A stretch of DNA of 62,273 nucleotides, the filler included, from Globobulimina sp. (lineage: Eukaryota), in NCBI GenBank assembly GCA_003354225.1. It is 20 parts of 20 records of this genome, joined end to end, with 100 filler letters (N's around TTAATTAATTAA, not from the genome) between each part and the next. Parts side by side here need not be neighbours in the genome. Positions count along the whole stretch, not along the records: positions 34,316 to 37,333 come from PIVH01004000.1; positions 37,434 to 40,451 come from PIVH01004001.1; positions 40,552 to 43,569 come from PIVH01004002.1; positions 43,670 to 46,687 come from PIVH01004003.1; 16 more parts are not named here. One strand, 5' to 3'. The translations under genes were made by a program, and so were the position numbers. Positions 35,268 through 46,787 of the stretch are shown here, one piece after another (the stretch's first letter is position 1; each line of letters opens with the position of its first letter). The notes below the pieces were generated by a model. The model did not search any database. It was not told where the DNA came from and saw only the letters and a list, made by a program, of their open reading frames with translations.

Positions 35268-37333
35268 CTAAACACTGACGAAAGTTAATATTGATTTCAA
35301 TTTCTTGTTTATTCTCTGCCATTTCCGTTTTTCTTTTTGAACACCGATAAAATCCCCATAAAATGTAGCCAACTCTTCATTTTTCTCAATATCTCTTTTC
35401 GAAACACCAAATATCCGCGGCCATCCTTTATAAAACACCGTAACTAATTTAACATTGTAATATTTGTCATCTTCCTCTATTGGCTCTGACAAACACAAAT
35501 ATTTTCTACAATCATTCATGAAACATAATAATGTCCGCGGTTTATACGACCAGCCATCCATCACAATTTTGAAAGAATGTTTGTATTTTATATCAACCTC
35601 ATCCTTGTGATTCGCATTCATTTTCCGTCTCTTTGCTGGTGGCCGCAACATATTTTCTTCGTTAATGTTATCACAATTATTCCTATTTCGTTTCTTTGCC
35701 TTCGAGTTCTGTGTCGTTACCGTTTCTGACTGAAAATACCGAATCCATCGCAATGTCATTTTAACTTCAACCATCGCATCAAATCCATACTCATTGATAT
35801 TATTTGCCAGCTCTGTATGTGCCATATTATTCAAATCGCTTTGCAACATATACTTTGTTGTATATTCCCCGACCACTGTCCCTTTACCAATGCGTTGCTT
35901 TGCTCGCAATCCTTTATGTCCATTCAGTGCAGGCACACGTTCATGTTCCTTAACTTCATAAGTTTCAATAATGTCTGATTGCCGTTTCTTGCTACGTTTG
36001 CTTCTGGTTTTTGACATATAATTAAATACATGCACAGCACCACTATTCTTCTCATTTACTTTTATAAACTCTCCAATTCTCTGCTCACATTCTTCGAAAT
36101 CACTGACGTCCTCATCAATGGACATCAAATCAGCAATATTATCACTGCTAAATTCCATTTCAACATAATTTCGAAGTTGGCTGCATTTCCTCACAAAAGA
36201 CTCATAATATTCCTGCGCTGAATCAATGTGAAAACATTTCTGCAGCTCAACAATGACTCGTTTATATTCATTAATTTGTCGCTGATGTTGTTGTTCCATA
36301 CGACCATTATTCTCTGCAATTTTTACTTTGTCCATGCAACCCATATTCATATTCATTTTGATATTATTCAACTCATTCATGATCATAGCATTGTTGCTAT
36401 CAATTTTTCTTTCAATTTGCAGTGATAGTTCCCTACTTTTTGTGTGTTCCGAAAGTAATTGTTCACTTACAATTTCCTGCGAATTCTGTACTGAATTTGT
36501 AATGCTTTGCTTAATATTCTCTGCAAATTCATCTTTGATTTGCTGCGTTTGCTTCTGGTCAGAATTGGGCGCTACAATTTGTTTACAATTATTTTGTGCA
36601 TCCATTTGTAAATTTGAGTGGGATATCACATGTTTTATATCCGTTTTCAGCTTTTCATTGATAACTTTGTAAACCTCTGCTATTCGTCTGTTCGTTTTAT
36701 GCGACTGTTTTCCTAATTCGTCCATTATATTTTGCGTATTATCGGACACTCCGTTACTTAAAATGTGCCTGCTTTCAACGGGCAATATGTCAATTTCCAA
36801 ACGAATTTGCATGTTCTTAAATTGTTTGAATCTATCAAAAGAAATGCTTGTTTTGTTTCGGTCATAGGTTTTTTTTGCATAATCGAAAGCAACGAGGTTC
36901 CGTTTGATAACGAATGTTTTCTTGTCATTATTTATTTTGTACTCCAAAGTTAATTTATAATTCAACATAATTCTGAGCTGATTCTCTGGCAACGTACATA
37001 GCTGCAAAGCAAAGGAGAGCGCTGCTTCGTTGTTTGGATAGATTCGAATGGACCACATACAGTATGGTTTGAATGGGTGTGATTCGAATGACAGCCCGGA
37101 ATGACACTGCTGCATTTTGTCCAACATAAATCCGTCAATACGCCATGATATTTCTTCTGGTTCGTATATTTCGAATCCTTTACGTATATTATGCTGATAT
37201 ATGATGCTTTGGGCGTCAATTACTTTCAATATTTTTACAGCAAGCTCGACATTCAATTTTTTTGTTCCATTCATCAGATGCTGCTTTATTACATTTTTTG
37301 GTATCACATCTTTGCAGTGATGTTTGTATGATC
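35268..37333 (-). CDS. MATH/TRAF-like domain, coiled coil, and C-terminal SET domain; 5' partial
   Basis: MATH-like WRID...FESHPF...WSIRIYPN. SET motifs KGLRAKQRIGKGTVVGEY, FMNDCR, RDIEKNEELATFYG. Confidence 0.75.
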
Positions 37334-37433
37334 NNNNNNNNNNNNNNNNNNNNNNNNNNNNNNNNNNNNNNNNNNNNTTAATTAATTAANNNNNNNNNNN
37401 NNNNNNNNNNNNNNNNNNNNNNNNNNNNNNNNN

Positions 37434-37577
37434 ATTGAGGACAAATTAAAGTTATCGACTATCAATGATCAAAATAATCAGCTCAAATTACCCAAACTTG
37501 AAATGCAATCGGATGGCATTGAAAAGATTATATTGACACAACTCGGCGGTGGAGCTCGAATCTTAAATAATTTTTGA
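37434..37577 (+). CDS. C-terminal fragment of an unknown gene
   Basis: Open frame from the contig start to TGA 37575-37577, followed by an A-rich 3' region. Confidence 0.35.
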   Translation: MEDKLKLSTINDQNNQLKLPKLEMQSDGIEKIILTQLGGGARILNNF

Positions 37578-37665
37578 TTGGGAGGAAAAATAAATAAACA
37601 AATAAAAAAAAAAAACTTCATAAAATAAAATGTGCTCAAAATCACCACTTTTCCCATTCCGATTT

Positions 37666-38334
37666 CTAGATATTTAAATTATTTCTTATTTCTATGTCTT
37701 TCATTTGAATTATTCCATCGTCATAATCAAGATCCACATTTAATAAATAATATATTTTTAAACAAATTCGAAACAAAATGAAACAAAATATAATAAACGG
37801 AATTAATAAAACAAATATTGAGCAATATTGCCAAAATATATTATTGCTACTTGACAATGTTAGTATTAATCCAATCAATGAACAGATTAATAAAACAGCA
37901 CAGAAATACAAACAAAGCCTTTTCCCATAATGCGAATAAGTGCAGTTTATTTGGGATAAAATATTTGGTGAATTTTGATATTCGTTCGATTTATAATTAT
38001 CATTAGTTTCCATTGGTGAACATTTAATATTAATTGTTTCTCGATTCTCTGTAATTTGTATTCCGGGCAATTCCATCATTTTGCTATCTTCATCTTCTTC
38101 ATAGTTGGATGAGGATGACATTGATTCAGTGTCTGTATCTGTAATGTGATTAATATCATCATTTGATTGCAATGAATTGTGCCTTAAACTTAATGATTGT
38201 TTACAATAACAAATTTCTAATGGTTCAGATGATGAAAAATTGTCTTCTTCTTCTTCTTCAGCAAATATGACATCTGATTGTTTCATTTCTGTTGCAAGTT
38301 CTAATTGCTTTAAATGGCTTAAAACCAGAGACAT
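37666..38334 (-). CDS. Hypothetical two-TM protein with acidic N-terminus
   Basis: 222-aa ORF with two C-terminal hydrophobic helices. Confidence 0.55.
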   Translation of the reverse strand: MSLVLSHLKQLELATEMKQSDVIFAEEEEEDNFSSSEPLEICYCKQSLSLRHNSLQSNDDINHITDTDTESMSSSSNYEEDEDSKMMELPGIQITENRETINIKCSPMETNDNYKSNEYQNSPNILSQINCTYSHYGKRLCLYFCAVLLICSLIGLILTLSSSNNIFWQYCSIFVLLIPFIIFCFILFRICLKIYYLLNVDLDYDDGIIQMKDIEIRNNLNI

Positions 38335-38414
38335 GGATAGTAGTTGGGATTAAATAAAAAAGAAAAATTTTAAGGTGTGATGAGGATTGTTGAGTGAAAA
38401 AAAACTTCCTAAAG

Positions 38415-39542
38415 ATGCCACCAAGAAATACGAAGAAAAGAAAGAAAAAAAAGAAGGCACAACAACAACGCAGAAAAGATAAGAATAGACAAAAACAACA
38501 GAAAAAGAATAATAATGCACAAAAGAAAGCAAACAAGGAAATATTACAATTGTTAAAAAAAGGATATAATGAAGTGAATATTTCATACATTTCTCAATTA
38601 AAAAAAAGAAAAAAGAATTTTTCATTCAAACAAGAAACATTAGCTAAATGTTTTGATATTATTTGGAGAAAATGTGGAAATAAAATGCAATGCACAGAAG
38701 TTATATTATCGAAAAAGTTAAATTTATTAGAAATATTAATAAAAGATTTTAAATTGGATTTAAGCACTAGTTTATCCTCAAACTTGTTCAGTCGCAAAGA
38801 CAGTGATACTTTATATGATAGAATAGGTTTATTATGCAATAAATGTCTATTACCAATGCTTCAGTTTAACATCGAATTTATAGCTTATAACTCATATCAT
38901 TCATCGTTAAAGTTACTAATTTTACAGCAAATCCATCATTCATTACTTCAGTACATTGATGATTTAGGCGTAAAATTTGAAACAAATTCATTCGGAATAA
39001 CTGATATGTCATGGAATAATATCATTGAACCGACACTAAATAAATGGTGGTTATCCGCAAACAATTTGCAATGTAAATCAGTTATACCATGGAGTATATC
39101 ACAAGGCGTATATTTGAATGTTGTATTTCCATATTTCAATGTGTTTAAACAGTATGTTTTGAATAATAATCATACACTAATATTAGATATGGAGTCAGCT
39201 ATTCCATTAAACGCGTCATTGATTAATCATACATTAAATGAAGAGTTAGCTATTCCAGATGTTGTCTGTAAACAATTGCTTATATCAATTGGAAAATCAT
39301 TGTTGCGGCGGAGCAGGAGCTGTGAAGATAAAATTTATGACTGTGATTTGGAATATTTATATATGCATATTGCAGATTTATTTGATGAAGGGAGATTGCG
39401 ATGGTTGAGAACAGATAAAGGCGTCAAAGTATATCAATCTTATGTAAATAGCATAAATCAATGTATTGATGAAAGGTATCCGTTGATTGGCAAAATTGTA
39501 ACTTATTTCTTAATTGGCAATGCTGGAATGATTATTGTATGA
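38415..39542 (+). CDS. Hypothetical protein with Lys-rich (NLS-like) N-terminus
   Basis: ORF of ~375 aa starting MPPRNTKKRKKKKK. Confidence 0.55.
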   Translation: MPPRNTKKRKKKKKAQQQRRKDKNRQKQQKKNNNAQKKANKEILQLLKKGYNEVNISYISQLKKRKKNFSFKQETLAKCFDIIWRKCGNKMQCTEVILSKKLNLLEILIKDFKLDLSTSLSSNLFSRKDSDTLYDRIGLLCNKCLLPMLQFNIEFIAYNSYHSSLKLLILQQIHHSLLQYIDDLGVKFETNSFGITDMSWNNIIEPTLNKWWLSANNLQCKSVIPWSISQGVYLNVVFPYFNVFKQYVLNNNHTLILDMESAIPLNASLINHTLNEELAIPDVVCKQLLISIGKSLLRRSRSCEDKIYDCDLEYLYMHIADLFDEGRLRWLRTDKGVKVYQSYVNSINQCIDERYPLIGKIVTYFLIGNAGMIIV

Positions 39543-39637
39543 TACAGCATAGAACGGCTCGTTCTTGCATGTCGTCTTAGAGTTTTCCAAACTTTCATGA
39601 TTTTCATCTTAGAGTGCAAGGCTAAGTGACGTATGCA

Positions 39638-40451
39638 ATGGACGACGAAAAAAGAGAGAAATCCGTGGATTTAGATTCAGACATTGTAGAGATTAAAGCA
39701 GCCATCGAATACTTTATAAAAGAAACAGAAAAAATTAACAATGATTTCATTGAAACAGTGAATAACATCAATTTAGAATTTCGTTCTGTTGATTCAATAT
39801 TTTCTAAACATCGTCGACAAAAAAAAGTGTATTCTGATTTAAAATCGCAATTAAATGAGTTGAAAATGGATATGAATGATGAGGATGATAACAATGCATC
39901 TGCTATTTTAGGAGAAATGGAGTTATCCTTAAATAAAATAAAATTAATTGTGGACAATCTCGGCAAATCCAAACGAAAAACAGGCTCAGTCTTCGTATCA
40001 TTGATTATGGGCAAAGTATCGGTTCGTATTTGGAACAAAGGCGATCGCTATAAATTTAAATCTGAATATAATCGCTTTAAAGAAAGATGGATGATCATTT
40101 TTTTTATCTTCCCAGCCATACAGATCCTATTTGGCTTCAATATGTTTATAAATCAAGTTCAAGTGTTATTATTTTTTTTTTATTATTTATCCTTAGCCAT
40201 TCGAGAGAATATCCTATCTTTAAATGGTTCGCGTATCGAATCGTGGTGGATTTATCACCATTATTGGTCCATTTTGATCTCAATCTTATCATTGCTTTTA
40301 TTCAATGATACCACCGATAATGAGGCAAATAATATCAACGATGCTATGATTCATGTGAATTATTTCTTTTTTTTTCAAGGCATTGTGATGTTGTTACAAA
40401 ATGATTATCAAAAGAAAAGACATTATGCAAGGAAAGCGATGGCGAAAAAAT
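39638..40451 (+). CDS. TMEM120: TMEM120 (TMPIT/TACAN family) membrane protein, 3' partial
   Basis: N-terminal coiled coil; GKVSVR....RYKFKSEYNRFK; YYLSLAIRENILSLNGSRIESWWIYHHY; LQNDYQ. Confidence 0.9.
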
Positions 40452-40551
40452 NNNNNNNNNNNNNNNNNNNNNNNNNNNNNNNNNNNNNNNNNNNNTTAAT
40501 TAATTAANNNNNNNNNNNNNNNNNNNNNNNNNNNNNNNNNNNNNNNNNNNN

Positions 40552-43500
40552 ATACATTTTATAATTCTCGCTATTTTCATACACGATTTTCTCGCCACAA
40601 ACATATAATTCGTGCTTCATATTTTGTGCGCAGGCTTTAACAAACTCTTTGGGCGCATTGCGAAATATATCCAACGGAGCCAATCGATCATATAATATCG
40701 ACTCTAAAATGCGAATCTGTAATGAATCAGACACACAGGAAATGGCTGTGAGTGGTGACACGCCTTTGAATCTCTTCCATAATTCCTCTAAATAGGCATC
40801 ACTGCGCTCTTTCAATTTGGTGGATAACTTTAACGTTTTCAAATATTTCTCAATGGGCTGCGATTTCTCTCGAAACGATTCCGATGGCGGGTTGGCGTGG
40901 GCTGCGAATGAGGCGATGAAGGCGGTGGTGGTGGCATAGGCCAATACGCCCAATATCATAATGACTAAACCCGCGCAGGTTTCCGCTACGGTTTTTGGTT
41001 TGATATCGCCAAATCCGACGGAGGACATTGTGATTAATGACCAATAGGCAGACAATAAATATCCGGGAACCGAATTATAGCCATCTTGGCCGTAAAAGAT
41101 CGGCGAAACCGGCGATTTGAGCCATACATTGTCGTTTTGATCCATTGTGCCTTTTGCAATAAAATAAAATACCGAGGCACCCCAATGGCACACAATCAGC
41201 ACAAATATTAACTGATACACTATTCTAAGCATCGTTGGTTTAATTCGAATCCGCCGGTCTTCGATAAATGCGTCGATTTCATTGATATGTGCTTTGAAAT
41301 TATGCCACCGCAACAAACGTAACAACCTCAAACAAAAATATATTTTGATTTCGTCCGCGGCCCATAACATATTCCACGATGAGGGCTGGATAATGGCGAT
41401 AATTACCACTAAATCCCACGGTAACGAGGAGATTAAATCCAATACTAACTTAATGCCGATATATCGCGAGCGAATCACAGATTTATTCGGCTCCACAAAG
41501 CCTTCCTCCATAAAGGTGAACCTATCAAATCTCAGATACACATCGACGCAAAAAAACAAATCTAAGATCACGTCGAATAATATAAATCCTGCAGCCGCAG
41601 CCACGCTGTTTTCAAAGAATGCGATCCGATACGGTATGATCATCATATTATATAAGCACAAGAATAAACTGATAATATTCCACCATAATTTAATATCGCT
41701 TAACGGATGGATTAAGCCGAAAAATTCATAAAAATTATTGCTGTCCGGCATCTGATTGGCACCGCAAGATTTCTTCATTGTGCTTGATAACTTTGATAAA
41801 GAGATTCTTTTCGATTTCATCTCCGATGGTCGTAAGGACTGCGATTCCGATGATGAGGCACTCTCATCCTCGTCTGGCTGTGTATTGTGATCGAATGTCA
41901 TCTCAACCGAATCCATTCTCAAAATTGTATTCCGTTTCGACAGTGATTGCGACACCGATTCGCTGACGTAACTTGAACCGGATTCGTTGCTAACTTTGGT
42001 CGAATCCTTTAATATTTTATTCTTAACACTGGGGAACGCCTTTAATACCTCTTCGAATTCGTCGTTGCTGATTGTTATTATGGTACTGAACCCGGAGGAA
42101 TCTGCCCGAATGGCATACTCATCGAAGGGGCAATTCATCAAAGCCTGATCTTCAAACTCAAATGAAGTGTAAGAGGATAACCTGCGTCTTCTGGCTCTTT
42201 GTTTGCGTGCTTGTAACTCTTCACATTCTTGCCTCTGTGCCTCATTTTTAGTTTCATTTTCATTGTCATTGTCTTCAGATTGTTCATCGTCGTTTGCGTC
42301 TTTATTATTTTGTTGCTGCTCCATTCTAACCGACATTCGTTCCGCTTTCCGTTTCCGTGCTTCCTTGACTTGATTGAATAAAGCCAGTGCCTCCAAACCA
42401 AAGTAATCGCGACTTTGTAATGCCTGGATCAACACATTTGGGTCATTAACATTTGCCACTTCCGTCTTAACCGTATCGTTTTTCTCTGCTTTGCCGCCCT
42501 TTAACCGTGCTTTCAAAATACACGTTCCTTGATACACAATAAAGAAATCCGAGACCACGCGGCCGGAAAATAACAGTTCATTCGGACAGTATGATTTGAT
42601 GGTAAATGCCAACAATAATTCGTCCATAAAGCCCTTTGGTACATTATTAAAAAAAGTAATATTGCCTAAAACGCCCAAACTCAAACTGTCCATAATGGAG
42701 ACGCGGATGTTATGCGGCAATAAGTTGAGCACCGTCTCGTCTCTATATCCATACTGATTGGACCAGAGCTGCGACATAAACGAGCGGACGTCGTTGTTGA
42801 CCTTCTCGCTCACATTCAGCTCACTCAATACATGTTTGACGATTTCGAAGTTGCGCTCGAAATTAAGTGCGATTTTGTTGGCTTGCTCGGCCCAGACAGT
42901 GATCAATGCCATCATCACGAAGTAAGACGAGGTTCCAACGATGATCAATACCATACAAATGATCTGCTCTCCAAAGTTGACGGGAACGATGCCGCCATAG
43001 CCGATGGTGAATGAGGTTAAAAACGCAAAGTACACACAACGTATATATCGCGCGATAGTTTGCGATTCAATGGAGATTGCGGGATCTGCATAAATCCAGT
43101 TTTTCTCCTCAAAGCCGTCGACGTGGTGCGAGATTCCGCCCACTAAATACCATAAACAGCCACTTAAATGCAGCATAATTGTGATCGTAGAACAGGTCAA
43201 AACAATATTTCGTTTGGAACCTGTGCAGTTTAGGAAATCCAAAGCGTTTTTAAATGACGACGTAAATCTAAATAATCGAATGTAACGATTGACTCTTCCT
43301 AATACCATATACCTGCTGTCAATGAATAATATGAGTAATTCGAATGGAATAATTGACAGAATATCTAAATAAATATCGCGTTTGCGATACAACTTACTCA
43401 CCGCTTCAGGATCGGATATAATATTTTCCCCGATTTTGACTGCAAACATTTTAGCTCGGAAATAGATATCAAAAATAAAGAAAATATCAGTCAGCCATAA

Positions 43501-43569
43501 TACCGCCAATAAGCTGAAGGTCTCTGTGTTTAATGGACGCGAATTGCTGAACGATATAATCATGGAATT
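40552..43569 (-). CDS. Cyclic-nucleotide-binding-domain K+ channel with at least two tandem 6TM-pore-CNBD repeats, partial at both ends
   Basis: Two S4 segments (RVNRYIRLFR; RLLRLLR), two pore filters (TIGYGG; SVGFGD), two C-linker/CNBD regions (DYFGLEAL in the first). Confidence 0.92.
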
Positions 43570-43669
43570 NNNNNNNNNNNNNNNNNNNNNNNNNNNNNNN
43601 NNNNNNNNNNNNNTTAATTAATTAANNNNNNNNNNNNNNNNNNNNNNNNNNNNNNNNNNNNNNNNNNNN

Positions 43670-44405
43670 TATCGGTTTGTATTTTATTATTCATACATTT
43701 TGCCAACCGATATAGCAATGATTTATTCCTTGTGAGTTGCAGTGCATTCAGGACATTGAGGCACCACTCACTCATTGCATCAGTGAATAATTTCCATGCA
43801 TGCTTCCAGCAAAAATCGCGAAACTCTTTGCTTTGTTTTGTTTTGCCACTCAATGAGAGTAATCGTGCATAATTTTTACAAAAATCAAATGGTTGGCAAT
43901 ATCGATCTAAATATTCATTCCATGCCAATGTATCGGAGGGATCCATACTGATTAAGCATTGTAGAATAAATTCCTCTAATATCGATTGTGTGTGCTGGAT
44001 ATCAATATTTTCTATGTTTATATGGTTGAAAAACACAATTAAATGATGTGCGTTTGGTAACATTGCGTCGGGTCTTTGTTGTAAGGTTGACAGCCATTTT
44101 AATTGTGAAAAATGTACAATGTGGATGTTTTGACTGTATTTGTAATGGAATGTGGTGCTACATTCTTTGATGTTTAGTGCAAATTCGTCCTTTTCTTGTG
44201 CGTTTTTTGTAGGATAAATATCTCGTGTCATGGCTTGTATTTTTTTGGTTGTATTTTTTTGGTTGTATTTTTTGCATTGAATAGATATCAAATTTGTACA
44301 CAAATTACCGTTGATAAGAGCATGACTTGAGTTGTTTAACAAACAGTATTCGACAGCCATGCTATGCACATGTTGCAGCACTTCGCCTTCGTCAAGAGAC
44401 GACAT
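43670..44405 (-). CDS. Hypothetical protein, 3' partial
   Basis: Open frame of ~245 codons from ATG 44405. Confidence 0.5.
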
Positions 44406-44472
44406 GGTAACAACGAAGGTTTTTTTAATTTTACAGTTAATTATCCTTGCACAATTGTTGTTTTTTTAAAGA

Positions 44473-45153
44473 TCACAGTTTATGTGCCACACCTTGAAAG
44501 GGTTTGAATTGTGGGACATCATCATTTAAATTTAGAATCCGTTCAGATTGTCTTTCTTGATACTCTTGGCCTTGATTGTATGGCACGTGCATTCTCTGTA
44601 TGTTGCTATAATATTTTATTACTCCATACACAAAACACGCCGTGCAACATCCATTTAGTAATTCTAACATAGACATTAATAATATCATTGTAGCAATGGC
44701 TGTATTTTGGCAGTCAAATGTCATTTGATTTGTGTACATATACATTCCAATCGCACCCCAAAAACACCAAAATAAGGTGCTTAACAAATTAAATATAAGA
44801 TGGCATTTAGATTTATAACAAGCAAGTATTCTTAAATAAAACTCATAGGATACAAATGTTTGATATATACTCATTGCAAAGTAAATGAATGCGATGATTA
44901 ATGGGATACCGGCTGCAGTGTATAACCATACATCAATGTTTATAATATATGTACTGCCGCCACATGAAGATGTATTTGGATCATATTGAGCTGAGATGCC
45001 CAGTGCAATGACCAATGGTAGGATTATCACGAAAAAACAACATGTTCCACAACATCGAGTAGCCACAGAATTTCGTCTTCTCTGTGAATTTCTTATTTGT
45101 AGCGGTCCCTGTACAAAACGTTGCTGTTCATCGCCATCTGAATCCAGCTCCAT
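44473..45153 (-). CDS. Four-TM membrane protein
   Basis: Four hydrophobic helices with a Cys in each of two loops (SSCGG; FDCQNT). Confidence 0.6.
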   Translation of the reverse strand: MELDSDGDEQQRFVQGPLQIRNSQRRRNSVATRCCGTCCFFVIILPLVIALGISAQYDPNTSSCGGSTYIINIDVWLYTAAGIPLIIAFIYFAMSIYQTFVSYEFYLRILACYKSKCHLIFNLLSTLFWCFWGAIGMYMYTNQMTFDCQNTAIATMILLMSMLELLNGCCTACFVYGVIKYYSNIQRMHVPYNQGQEYQERQSERILNLNDDVPQFKPFQGVAHKL

Positions 45154-45266
45154 ATAACAAGAATACTATTCAACCTTGATTTTGCTCATGAACTTTTCTT
45201 AACGATTTGTGAATTGCTAGAGAAAAAGCTTAAGCAAATGTTCGTCTGTAATCATTATTCAGACAT

Positions 45267-45363
45267 TAGGCACTTTTGCTTTATCGTAAAAATCTGTTTT
45301 TAAACAGAAAAATCAGTTTTTTCTCTTACAAAATAGATTTTTACGATAAAGCAAAAATGCCTA
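45267..45363. mobile_element. 97-bp palindromic MITE-like element with 34-bp inverted repeats bounded by TA
   Basis: TAGGCACTTTTGCTTTATCGTAAAAATCTGTTTT (45267-45300) vs AAAATAGATTTTTACGATAAAGCAAAAATGCCTA (45330-45363): 32/34 complementary. Confidence 0.75.
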
Positions 45364-45473
45364 TTGGATGTTCGTCGTCATCAACAGAACAAATCAGATT
45401 TATATAGCGAACAAGATGGATGTTTAGATTTTAGATTAAATATAACAATTCGCAAAAACATAATTATAATTCA

Positions 45474-46474
45474 TTAATGCAATACAAAATCAATGGTTTT
45501 GGCTTCTTGTGCCGAATCGGAAGCGATTTCATTTGATTCTTTTGACACTTTTGAATCCTGATCTTTATCGTTTGATTTCATTGACATTTCAAGCTGTATT
45601 TCATGAATGTTGGACAATTTGCTCTCCCATTTGTCTGCTAATTTGCCACAGATTTTATAAAATACTTTTTCGCCAAACGGAAATTGTAAACATAACGAAA
45701 ACAAAGCAACCGCACAATGCAGAGCTTGACACATAATGTGTGCGCTCCATACAATTTCCCCATCTTCCACACTTCGCACAAAACTGAGTCTGACAATTTG
45801 CATATTTTTTTGACGAAAACAATTAGCAAAACAGTGGCAAAAAATGAATGCACTGCACCAAATACATAGTACCATTTTTGTAGCGGAAATAGACAAAAAT
45901 AAAACATGCCCATCGATGCAAAAACCATTTGAACAAGAAAGCCAATCAAAAATGAAATAAAACCATATTGAGATAGTGCCATAACAGTGCCTGTAAATAC
46001 TGTATGAAGTCGATAAACAAAAAGTAAGTACAACAGAGATACGCCAATCTGGTAACATAACAATGCAACTAATCCTAAATCGAACCACAATTTAAAATCA
46101 AATATACAAAAATAGCTGGAGGTGACATGGATTGTCCATTGAATTGTAGCTGCAATAAACAATGAAAGAATGGTTGTGCTTAATAATTTTATAAGAGTCT
46201 TAATATGGTCCATACAAATCCATATTGCAAATATCAAATAAATACCAAATACAAATACAAAGAATGTACCTAAATTCATTACAATCCAAGCAAATATTGA
46301 CCATGGTTGTGGATCAAAACAGGTCATATTCCATTCGTTAGTGGAGATTGTTTTGAGTTCTGCAGAATCAAACTTTCGAGAATTTGGCTCCAGAGAAAAA
46401 ATGTAGTTACTCATGCTGTGGACTGAAGAGTTATTTTTGAAAATTTTAGATTGTAAGCACAGATTTGATAGCAT
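45474..46474 (-). pseudogene. GPCR-like 7TM gene with a frameshift near 45790 and an apparently missing TM6
   Basis: TM1-5 (including YRLHTVFTGT) are in one frame. The last TM and tail (LCLQFPFGEKVFYKIC) are in another frame. Confidence 0.6.
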
Positions 46475-46531
46475 TGTTCAACCACTTCGAGTGTATTGGT
46501 ATTTAGTTAGTTTAGTTGACCGATTTGAACG

Positions 46532-46687
46532 ATGCTACAGTTATTAAAACATGCAATTTTACTTTCCTGTTTGTGGATGGCCATAAAAGGAGATAATAAT
46601 CAATCGAATGGTGAAATATATATTTCTTTGATCCATAATACCTTCATTATTAATACAAATAACAGCATCAAATTGGCATTCCAAGAC
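46532..46687 (+). CDS. 5' fragment of a secreted protein
   Basis: Signal peptide MLQLLKHAILLSCLWMAIKG followed by a GTGAAA...CAG intron-like segment. Confidence 0.4.
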
Positions 46688-46787
46688 NNNNNNNNNNNNN
46701 NNNNNNNNNNNNNNNNNNNNNNNNNNNNNNNTTAATTAATTAANNNNNNNNNNNNNNNNNNNNNNNNNNNNNNNNNNNNNNNNNNNN

